In this document: one piece after another, positions 1 through 7,643 of the stretch
Position numbering within the stretch: the stretch's first letter is position 1
How the letters are laid out: each line of letters opens with the position of its first letter
DNA from: Chloroflexota bacterium
Lineage (GTDB): Bacteria > Chloroflexota > Dehalococcoidia > DSTF01 > RBG-16-68-14
Direction: 5' to 3'
DNA: 64,000 bases
Assembly: GCA_003228685.1 (NCBI GenBank)
Contig: QIFC01000096.1
Span: 49,309-113,308 of the forward strand
Made by a program: the position numbers and the translations under genes
The notes under the pieces: generated by a model
Databases searched by the model: none
The model's input: the letters and a program-made list of their open reading frames with translations, nothing else
What the model was told of the DNA's origin: nothing

Positions 1-873
1 CCGAGATGGCCAACATCGTTAGCACCATACCGGGAATCGAATCTCCCAGCTCCATGCCCCAGGCGAGGACGCCAACCGTGAACAAGATCGTTAGCTGGAC
101 GATAGCAACGAGGCCGAACGAAGCGATCCGAGACCCGAGCAGGACAGTTCTATGGACGGGTGCCGCGACCGCGCGCTGCCACGTGACGAAGATGTTCTTC
201 TCGCCGTAGATGAACAGGGCGACGAATCCCGCCAGCCAGAAGCCGAACATCACGGCGAACCCAGGCACAGTCTGCTCGGCGGCGCTGGGGAAGTTCCGTG
301 GATCCTCCCCCAGCCGCGTCACGACGTCGATCGATGGTGACTCCAGCACGCCGAGGACGGCGATCTGGACAGCCTCACTACCCCCCTCTCCGGCGATCTC
401 ATCGGTGAGCTCACCGGGGAGGTGATCCAGCACGAGCACGCTCTCGATCCGCTCACGGACGGTGGTCGCAAGGCTGGCCTGGATAGGGTCGACGTAGAAG
501 CTGAGCGGCTCAGCCAAAGCGCTTTCCCGCCAGCCCTCCGGGATCACGAGCACGGCGAACTGGTCGCGGCCCGAGAACACATCCTTCGCGTCAGACTCTG
601 TAAACGCGCTCTCGTCCCACTCCTTGACTCGCAGATCGATGCTGTCGACGCCTCCCAATTCTTCGAGGAGCCCCTCTGATGTCGCTGAGCGGGCCATGTC
701 AACGACGGTTAGGTCGACGCCTCGTCCCGCGACGAGAAAGTCCAGCGCCTGGCTCGTCACGGCGACGAGGATGAGCGGCATGACGAACAGGAGGGCGATG
801 GCGGTCGGGTTTACCACCAGCATCCGCAGGTCCTTACGGACAAGAGTGAGGAATTGTCGGAGTGTTGTCATGC
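1..873 (-). CDS. ABC-2 family transporter permease (partial, runs off 5' edge of window)
   Basis: Minus-strand ATG at about 873 translates to MTTLRQFLTLVRKDLRMLVVNPTAIALLFVMPLILVAV..., which parallels the N-terminus of the adjacent ABC-2 permease (877..2067). Not in the ORF track because no stop is reached before the edge. Confidence 0.55.
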
Positions 874-876
874 GAC

Positions 877-2067
877 CTACTCCACGGCGGTACGTGGTCT
901 GAGCGCAATCGCCAGAAACGCCGCCGCGAACGCGAGTAGCACTCCGAGCTGTGGCAATACGTCGCCGAAGCCGCGGCCCCTTACGATGAGTTCTTGGATG
1001 GCGTCCACCGCCCAGAACTGCGGCGTGGCGCGGGCGAGCGGCTGCATCCAGTCCGGCAGAAAGGCGATGGGAATGAGCGCGCCGCCGAACGCGCCAAACA
1101 CGATGACGCTGATGCTGATAGTCGCGGCGATAGCGGCGGTGTTATTGAGGAGCGAGGCCACCAGGGTCCCGAACGCGGCCGCCACAAATGACCAGCAGAC
1201 GATCGTCAGCACGAGAGCGATTGGCGCGCTCCCCAGCTCCATGCCCCAGATTGCCCACCCGAGTACGAGCATGAGCAGCAGCTGTGCGACTCCGAGCAGC
1301 GCATACACTCCTACCCTTGCAAGCACGAGCGCGGGCTGTGAAATCGGCGCGGCGAGCGTGCGAGCCCACGTCTTTGTCTCCTCCTTCTCCAAGGAGAGGT
1401 TGATGGCGAGGGCAAACGCGACGAAGAGGCCGAACATCACGGCGAAGCCAGGCACCGTCTGCTCGAAGGCGGACGGGAACGTGTCACGTTCCGACACAAC
1501 GACCGTGCGCAACTCGTCGCCAGCCGCTTCGCCCGCCGAGAGCGCCGCGCGCGACACGCTCTCTCGGGCCTCGGCCGCTGTGGCGCCTGTCTCCTCTATG
1601 ACCACCGAGACCAGCAACTCCGCGAGTTCGTCCACCGCGACAATAGCCGTGAGCTGTTCGCGCACGGCCTCGACGTAGGAGGCGCGCGCCGGGTCGCCGA
1701 AGAGGGCGAGTGTCTGCCGGCCACCCTCTGCGTATCCTGCCGGGATCACGAGGGCGGAAAATCGCTCTCCGTCGCCAAAGAGGTCGTAGATGTGATCATC
1801 GGTGGCGTCGGCTTCGCTCCAGTCTAGACTCGTCACCGCGAGGCCATCAGTCGCGTCAAGGCGGGTAACCAGCTGCTGGGATGCTTCCGAGTCATCGAGA
1901 TCGATCACGCTCACCGTCAGCTCCGGGCGGCCGGTCACGAGCGGCTCTAACGCTGTGCTGAGGACGGCAACGAGGACGAACGGCATGATGAAAAGGAGCA
2001 CAAAAGTGGCGGGATCGCTGCTAAGGAGCCTCAGCTCCTTGCGAACGACCGCCCAGAACGCCACCAC
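877..2067 (-). CDS. ABC-2 type transporter permease
   Basis: 396 aa. N-terminal MVAFWAVVRKELRLLSSDPATFVLLFIMPFVLVAV is typical of ABC-2 permeases, with multiple hydrophobic segments. Lies directly downstream of an ABC ATPase. Confidence 0.8.
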   Translation of the reverse strand: MVAFWAVVRKELRLLSSDPATFVLLFIMPFVLVAVLSTALEPLVTGRPELTVSVIDLDDSEASQQLVTRLDATDGLAVTSLDWSEADATDDHIYDLFGDGERFSALVIPAGYAEGGRQTLALFGDPARASYVEAVREQLTAIVAVDELAELLVSVVIEETGATAAEARESVSRAALSAGEAAGDELRTVVVSERDTFPSAFEQTVPGFAVMFGLFVAFALAINLSLEKEETKTWARTLAAPISQPALVLARVGVYALLGVAQLLLMLVLGWAIWGMELGSAPIALVLTIVCWSFVAAAFGTLVASLLNNTAAIAATISISVIVFGAFGGALIPIAFLPDWMQPLARATPQFWAVDAIQELIVRGRGFGDVLPQLGVLLAFAAAFLAIALRPRTAVE

Positions 2068-2076
2068 AGCTTGCGC

Positions 2077-3066
2077 CTAGTCCCGGAGCGCCTTGCCGGT
2101 GAGACGCAGGAAGAGTTGTTCCAGGTTGGGCTTGGCGATATCGAGGCCGGCCAGCGTCACCTGATGCTCTCGTGCCGTCGCCAGCAGCGCCGCCAGCCCC
2201 TGCTCCTGGTCCTCCGCCACAACGCGATAGCCGTTGCCATCGACGCGCGTGATCTCGGAGACGCCCGGCTGCTTGGCAACCGACGCCTCGAAGGCGACCG
2301 ACTCCTCAGCCAGCTCTACGGTGAACGCCACACCAGGCATTTGCGCGAGCAGCTTCGGCACCTCGTCACAGACGACGATCTCACCACCATCGATGATGGC
2401 GACACGATCGCAGAGCGCTTCCGCCTCCTCGACGTAGTGGGTTGTGTAGAGGATGGCGGTGCCATCATCCTTAGCGAGGGACGTGATGTTTTCGAAGATA
2501 CGGTTGCGCGACTGAGGATCGACGCCCACGGTCGGCTCGTCGAGCAGGAGCAGCCGAGGCTTGTGAAGCAGGCCGGCCGCGAGGTTCAGCCGCCGCTTCA
2601 TGCCTCCGGAGAACTTCGTCACGATCGGCTTCTTCGCCGAGCCGGTCAGGCCGACGATTTCGAGCACCTCCTCAATCCGTTGCCGCAGGGGGCGGCCCCA
2701 GAGGCCGTAGAGGTTGCCAAAGAACTCCAGGTTGGCCCAGGCGCTGAAGCGCAGGTAGAGCCCGATATCTTGTGGCACGAGCCCGATCAGCTTCCTGACG
2801 GCCATCGAATCGTCGCGGGCATTGTGGCCGGAGACACTCACGCTCCCACCACCGGCCTTGAGCAGCGTGGCGATCACTGAAATCGTCGTCGTCTTGCCGG
2901 CGCCATTGGGCCCAAGCAGGCCGAAGATCTCGCCCGCGCTGATCTGAAAGGAGATGGCGTTTACGGCGGTGAAGTCGCCGTAGCGCTTGATGAGGCCAGA
3001 GACCTCAAGCACGGCTGAGGACTCTCCTCCCGCCGCTTTCGCCGAGGTCGCTTGCTGCGCGCTCAC
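2077..3066 (-). CDS. ABC transporter ATP-binding protein
   Basis: Walker A GLLGPNGAGKTTT, ABC signature FSGGMKRRLNLA, Walker B LLLLDEP. Confidence 0.9.
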   Translation of the reverse strand: MSAQQATSAKAAGGESSAVLEVSGLIKRYGDFTAVNAISFQISAGEIFGLLGPNGAGKTTTISVIATLLKAGGGSVSVSGHNARDDSMAVRKLIGLVPQDIGLYLRFSAWANLEFFGNLYGLWGRPLRQRIEEVLEIVGLTGSAKKPIVTKFSGGMKRRLNLAAGLLHKPRLLLLDEPTVGVDPQSRNRIFENITSLAKDDGTAILYTTHYVEEAEALCDRVAIIDGGEIVVCDEVPKLLAQMPGVAFTVELAEESVAFEASVAKQPGVSEITRVDGNGYRVVAEDQEQGLAALLATAREHQVTLAGLDIAKPNLEQLFLRLTGKALRD

Positions 3067-3755
3067 GTCTGTTCCGCCGTTCTGGGTTTGTCCACGCCGT
3101 CTGCTTCCTCTGCCTCGGCAGCCTTCCCGCCACCGCTCTGCTCCTTACTACGGCTAACAATGCCATCCAGGCCGAGCCGTTGGAAGCGCATGATGGCGTC
3201 GATGTCCAGATCCTCGCCCTCAAGCGTCGCGTGGAGAATGAGGCCATTGAAAATGGCCAGCATCAGGCTGGCTATGGCCGCTACGTCTTCGTCCGAAGGT
3301 CCTTTGCCAACGTCCGAACGTACGAGGGTGGCCAGTACTTCACGCCACTCGCGCCAGCTCTCTCGGAAGCCCTCGAGACCCGTTTCATTGCGGGCAGCCC
3401 AGGCCCACCACTCGACGTTCCCTCTTCCACTTTGGAAGAATGCTGGCGCCTTTAGAATCGGTGTGATCATCTGCATCAGCCGATGCACGGCTCCTGGTTC
3501 CGAGCCATCTTCTCGCAGAATCGCACGTGCCAAATCGAGGGTCCCCCGAATGCTGTCAAGCATTGCCTCGCTAATTAGCGCATCCTTGCTAGGAAACAAG
3601 CGCTGAACGACGCTCTTGGGCATGAGTGACGTACGGCAGATGTCGTCAATGGTTGTACGGTGGAATCCTTTGGCTGTAAGACTTTGTCGAGCGGCCGCCA
3701 AAATTCGTGCGCGCCTGTCCGACTCGGTGAGCGACGCCTCCACGTTACGCGACAC
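3063..3755 (-). CDS. TetR/AcrR family transcriptional regulator
   Basis: N-terminal HTH ARILAAARQSLTAKGFHRTTIDDICRTSLMPKSVVQRLFPSKDALI. 4-bp overlap with the downstream ABC ATPase. Confidence 0.85.
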   Translation of the reverse strand: MSRNVEASLTESDRRARILAAARQSLTAKGFHRTTIDDICRTSLMPKSVVQRLFPSKDALISEAMLDSIRGTLDLARAILREDGSEPGAVHRLMQMITPILKAPAFFQSGRGNVEWWAWAARNETGLEGFRESWREWREVLATLVRSDVGKGPSDEDVAAIASLMLAIFNGLILHATLEGEDLDIDAIMRFQRLGLDGIVSRSKEQSGGGKAAEAEEADGVDKPRTAEQT

Positions 3756-4506
3756 TGATTTCTTCTCCAGTCTCTAGGCGATAACCAAATCCAGGCACCG
3801 CGGCGATGAATTCGCGCGAACCAGCGATGTCTGCGAGTGTGCTTCGAGTACGCTGAACGAGCTTTCTCAGATTCTCTGAGCTACCATGATACGGACTCCC
3901 CCAGATTTGCTCTATCAACTCGTTGTGAGTAAGTATCTCACCACTCCTCATGACCAATGCTCTGATGAGTTTGAATTCGTTGGGGGTGACTTGGGTCTCG
4001 GTCCCATTAACTGCGCACGTGGCTCTCTTACCATCCAGCCGTAGGACCCCGGCCTGCAGGGTTTCCGCCTGAAGCTGTCCGGATAGCTGGTTGCGGCGCA
4101 GGAGTGCCAGCACGCGTGCCTCAAGTTCGCCTATCTCGATGCTTGTTGGGACGTGGTCGTCCGCCCCGATGCCGAGCGCATCGGCCACGTGGCCATTTCC
4201 CGTATGATCGCAGAGGATGAATAGTGGGACCTTGCTGATGTCGCGTAGTTGGCGACAGACCTCGCAGCAGCTGGCATTCGGCAGGCTTCCGGCCAGAACA
4301 ACGAGGTCGGGCACCTTCGACTGCAATGCAATCAAGGCGTCTGTTAGGCTTCCAGCGCGGCGAACCTGAAGGCTGAGGTCATCAAGCGACGTTGTTATCC
4401 AATCGGCCAGTCCTGTGTTGGTCGAAACGACAAGGATCTGTCGGCCACTGCTTCCATTTCGCTTCACGCCACGTTCCTCCCTGCTAGGCAAGAACTTTAC
4501 CCTCAT
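3745..4506 (-). CDS. OmpR/PhoB-type winged-helix response regulator with atypical (pseudo-)receiver domain
   Basis: C-terminal OmpR-type wHTH (TQVTPNEFKLIRALVMRSGEILTHNELIEQIW...GYRLE). In the receiver, VVSTNTG replaces the acidic DD pair and VLAGSLP replaces the phospho-Asp LLDxxLP motif. 11-bp overlap with TetR. Confidence 0.75.
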   Translation of the reverse strand: MRVKFLPSREERGVKRNGSSGRQILVVSTNTGLADWITTSLDDLSLQVRRAGSLTDALIALQSKVPDLVVLAGSLPNASCCEVCRQLRDISKVPLFILCDHTGNGHVADALGIGADDHVPTSIEIGELEARVLALLRRNQLSGQLQAETLQAGVLRLDGKRATCAVNGTETQVTPNEFKLIRALVMRSGEILTHNELIEQIWGSPYHGSSENLRKLVQRTRSTLADIAGSREFIAAVPGFGYRLETGEEISVA

Positions 4507-4581
4507 TGGTGTGACATTTCAAGGAATATCTTTCAATTTGGGCGTCTTGGGAACGGCTCGCCTGCATCCCGGTCGGGTGCG

Positions 4582-4617
4582 TCACGCAAAAATCACGCAT
4601 CTGACAGGGAATTGTCA
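4582..4617. promoter_or_regulatory. Putative operator: direct repeat TCACGCA-N4-TCACGCA (4582-4599) followed by inverted repeat TGACA-N6-TGTCA (4602-4617)
   Basis: Read directly in the divergent intergenic region between the regulator (start 4506) and the plus-strand gene at 4650. The 11-bp periodicity is typical of OmpR-family sites. Confidence 0.3.
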
Positions 4618-4649
4618 CAGCGAACGAAGATCGTAGGTCATAGGTCAAT

Positions 4650-5579
4650 GTGCTATCATGCGTCCACGGTGATGTCTTGGGAGTAAACTTTTCGTCGATT
4701 GAAGGCCCCCTGGAGTTGCTAGGCCAGTTCGCTACCGGGCGTGTCTCACGTTGGGTTGTCGGAGGGCTGCGGGCGGTTCAATATTCGGCTTTCAACAGCG
4801 CCAGTTCCAATCTGAATCGGCTCCAGCACCGGCAGCAAAGTAATAGCCAGCGAAACTCAGACTACATAAGGAACGTCTGGGCCGCGGACATGGCGACGTT
4901 CCTTCTGCATCTACCTAACAAGCGTTTTCGCGAACGAGCGCTGGACATGGTCAACATCGACGAGATCGAGCGCGCCGCCTCCGATGGCAAGGGCACGATC
5001 GTTGCCGGCCAGCACCTAGGACCCAACGCCGCGATTCCCTTGATCCTGGCGCAGCTTGGGATAGAGGTCTCGGTCATGGGCTCGCAGGCCGTCATCGATT
5101 TCGGACGGCCGCTTGTGGACATCTGTTTACCTGAAGCGTCCGGCCGTATCAGTTGGCTATCGACTGCGGATGCGCACGTGCTCTTCGAGGCCCGCGCGGC
5201 TCTCCTACAGGGCCGCGTTCTGGTTGGCTTCTTCGACGACCTGAGCAGCGGAGCCGCCCGCCAGGCTGAAGTTGAACTGCTCGGCCGGCGCGTGCAACTG
5301 CCTCTAACGCTGCCGCACCTCGCGGCCGCGGCGAAATGCAGCATCGTACCGGCAAGCATCGTGCGGGACGGCGGAACGCACTACACGATGATACTCGACG
5401 CGGCGCTTCCGCCGCCCGCCCGCGACGCAGACGCAATCACGGCCACCGCTCGCGAACTCGCCCGCGTGGCCGAGCGGCACATTCGAGAGCATCCAGAGCA
5501 GTGGCTGGGCTGGTCTCAGCTCCCGGCCCAACGCGACACACTCGCAGCAACACCTGTGATGCAGTCTGTCTCCAGCTAG
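4650..5579 (+). CDS. Lysophospholipid/lipid A acyltransferase (LpxL/HtrB, LPLAT)-like protein; start uncertain (alternative ATG near 4890)
   Basis: AGQHLGPNAAIPLILAQLG resembles the HxGNWE region of lipid A biosynthesis acyltransferases, but the acidic residue of the HX4D/E dyad is not evident. Overall length and region order fit the C-terminal part of the family. Confidence 0.4.
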   Translation: MLSCVHGDVLGVNFSSIEGPLELLGQFATGRVSRWVVGGLRAVQYSAFNSASSNLNRLQHRQQSNSQRNSDYIRNVWAADMATFLLHLPNKRFRERALDMVNIDEIERAASDGKGTIVAGQHLGPNAAIPLILAQLGIEVSVMGSQAVIDFGRPLVDICLPEASGRISWLSTADAHVLFEARAALLQGRVLVGFFDDLSSGAARQAEVELLGRRVQLPLTLPHLAAAAKCSIVPASIVRDGGTHYTMILDAALPPPARDADAITATARELARVAERHIREHPEQWLGWSQLPAQRDTLAATPVMQSVSS

Positions 5580-5616
5580 CCGCCCCTACTTCTAGCCCAT
5601 CTCCCGCGAGCGAATA

Positions 5617-5660
5617 CAGCGCGAGGGTCTGAAGACCCTCCCTTACGAGTCAACGCGGGC
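5617..5660. repeat. Copy 1 of a ~40-bp repeated element containing a 7-bp-stem hairpin (GAGGGTC-TGAA-GACCCTC) followed by CCTTACGAGTCAACGCGGGC
   Basis: Near-identical copy at 5783..5822 (37/40 matches). Both lie in the 444-bp convergent intergenic region. Confidence 0.6.
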
Positions 5661-5782
5661 TACGCCATCCATCAAGGATGACCGACCGCCTACGAAGACG
5701 GCAGGGACGTTAGAAGGAAAGGCTAAGCCTCTTGCTGCGCTCGAGGTGAGGGTTGGCGGCAGACGCGTTCCGCGCGGCGGCG

Positions 5783-5822
5783 GGAGGGTCTGAAGACCCT
5801 CCCCTGCGAGTCAACGCAGGCC
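5783..5822. repeat. Copy 2 of the hairpin-containing ~40-bp repeated element
   Basis: GAGGGTCTGAAGACCCTCCCCTGCGAGTCAACGCAGGC. Differs from copy 1 at three positions outside the stem. Confidence 0.6.
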
Positions 5823-5911
5823 GTCGATGAAGTCGGCTCACCTTGTGGACACCCCGGCACCGGCGTCTCTGGCCGCTCGCGAGGAGGTTACTGCCGCCTT
5901 GGCTGTAGGCG

Positions 5912-6010
5912 TTAGAATGCGCCGGTGATTAACCCCACGATTATGCTAACGATGCCGAGCAACGCCATAGCCGCAATGAACGCTTCGATCTTCCAAAGGA
6001 AACTGGACAT
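5912..6010 (-). CDS. Small hydrophobic membrane peptide (32 aa), unannotated small ORF
   Basis: Minus-strand ATG at 6010 is preceded by a strong SD (AAGGAGG, 6-nt spacer) that begins right after the TAG stop of the upstream gene (6024..7127). Translation MSSFLWKIEAFIAAMALLGIVSIIVGLITGAF is a single predicted TM helix. Below the 60-aa ORF-track cutoff. Confidence 0.4.
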   Translation of the reverse strand: MSSFLWKIEAFIAAMALLGIVSIIVGLITGAF

Positions 6011-6023
6011 ACCTAACCTCCTT

Positions 6024-7127
6024 CTACCACACTATACAACTTTCGCCGGGCCCAACGATCATCGTAGACTCCAACTGTGCCGAACTCCAAGTCCAGTACA
6101 TCTGCTGCTTGAAGCTCGTTCTCGCGTTCGCCAACACCGAAAACGGTTCGATGTACCATTGATCGGTAGGTAGGGGGCTGTCCTCAATCTGCGCTAACAG
6201 TGACGGGTCGTTGAACTTGAGGGACGGCGGGTTGTAGCCGATCATCAGGTAGTACAGGTTGCCCGGGTCCTTCACCCAGCCCCACTGTTTCGTGTGCGTG
6301 ATCTTGGCGACCGAGGTCCCGAACAGAAAGCTGCGCCAATGGTCCTCGTTATCGCAACTCTCGTAGACTAGCGGTCCTTCTGAGTTGGTGATTGGTACCT
6401 CAATGCCACTGATTGCCGCCACGCCCCCGATGGCGCCCTTACTGGCCGACATCGTCAGTTCCATCACATCGAGGACAGCCCCGCCCGGATGCAGCACCTC
6501 AACGCAGTACGTCTTGCTCTGTCCGGGCGTGAGGATGGCGGGATCTGAGGCGGCGACGCCTGCCAGGTTGTCCACTATGGCCCCGGCCACGCCTCCGGCT
6601 GCGTCGATCGCAGCCTGGACCTCCACCCAGGCTGCCGCACGCTCGGCTGCGATCTCGGCCACGGTCTGTGTGTCACCGTTGCAGGCGGTATTGGAGAAAT
6701 TAGGAGGAGCTATGCTCCCGCACGTCATGCCGAACCGAGCGAACACAGTCTGAAGATCGCTGGCGTCGATGTCATTGTCGGCTCCCTGTTTGCTATTGGG
6801 TAGAGGCTCCAAGTTGAACGCCTCATTGTAGATAGGATCGCCTTCCGACGTGCCCCACCTGAATGCTATGGCCTGGGCATCCCTGGCGTCGACCACACAG
6901 TCGGGACGCCGCCCAGTGAGCGAGTCGCTGGTGGGCCCACCCCAGACGTCGAAGTTATCCCACGGGTTGAGCGGGTCCTGCATCCATCCGAAGCGCAGCT
7001 CCGTGGCGTTGTTCCACCCATCGCCATCGTCATCTCCGTACCAATCGAAGCCGCCTCCTGCTTCGCTGCTAGACGCTGTAAGTGCCGCCAGGGTCAGAAT
7101 GGCAATGCTCAGAAATGCGATTTTCAT
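6024..7127 (-). CDS. Secreted hypothetical protein with N-terminal dockerin-like Ca-binding loops
   Basis: Signal peptide MKIAFLSIAILTLAALTASSSEA. DDDGDGWNNATELRFGW and DNDIDASDLQTVFARFG resemble the paired Ca-binding loop/helix repeats of type-I dockerins. The remaining ~250 aa have no recognisable motif. SD AGGAG lies upstream of the ATG. Confidence 0.6.
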   Translation of the reverse strand: MKIAFLSIAILTLAALTASSSEAGGGFDWYGDDDGDGWNNATELRFGWMQDPLNPWDNFDVWGGPTSDSLTGRRPDCVVDARDAQAIAFRWGTSEGDPIYNEAFNLEPLPNSKQGADNDIDASDLQTVFARFGMTCGSIAPPNFSNTACNGDTQTVAEIAAERAAAWVEVQAAIDAAGGVAGAIVDNLAGVAASDPAILTPGQSKTYCVEVLHPGGAVLDVMELTMSASKGAIGGVAAISGIEVPITNSEGPLVYESCDNEDHWRSFLFGTSVAKITHTKQWGWVKDPGNLYYLMIGYNPPSLKFNDPSLLAQIEDSPLPTDQWYIEPFSVLANARTSFKQQMYWTWSSAQLESTMIVGPGESCIVW

Positions 7128-7597
7128 TTCGGTCTCCTAACGCTCCACTCCGCCCGCGGGACATCCACCCGTCGGCGCTTCCGAGGTAACCGTAAGCCGC
7201 CAGCCTGTGACAGTTCCATGGCATCTGGGGTGATTGTTCTGTGACACTCACGCGTCGCTAATCGGATTCCTGAGCGTCACGCGAAGCTCACGGCTAAATG
7301 GCCGCTAAGAAGGCGGTGAGAGGAAACGGCGGGGGCTAGTCGCCGAAGCGGCAGCGCGACAGGGCGACAGAGGAACGTTGTGGTGAACGCCACGAGCACG
7401 GCTAACGCTGGCAGGATGTCCCCGGTGCCCAATCCTAGAAGGGGCGCTGCGAGATAGTAACCGCAGGGACGGCCGGTGGCGGCGGCCCCGAAGGGGCCGG
7501 CCGGACCGGCACGGCGTCTGGCCAACCCATGGTTTGCTTGAAGCGGCGTGGGCGCGGCAAGCAGCGCCCCTACATGACCCTGCGAGGCGGGCGCATG

Positions 7598-7618
7598 GCT
7601 ACTGCCGTAGGCAGTAGC
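7598..7618 (-). terminator. GC-rich hairpin (9-bp stem GCTACTGCC/GGCAGTAGC) downstream of the 7644..9314 gene
   Basis: Perfect inverted repeat read in the sequence. No U-tract, as is common in high-GC genomes. Confidence 0.3.
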
Positions 7619-7643
7619 TTGCACGAAGCAGAGCTTCGTCTGG

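Noticed and set aside
854-1678. 274-aa plus-strand ORF antisense to the ABC-2 permease
   Set aside because: Ser/Ala/Thr-rich low-complexity product. The opposite strand encodes a convincing membrane permease.
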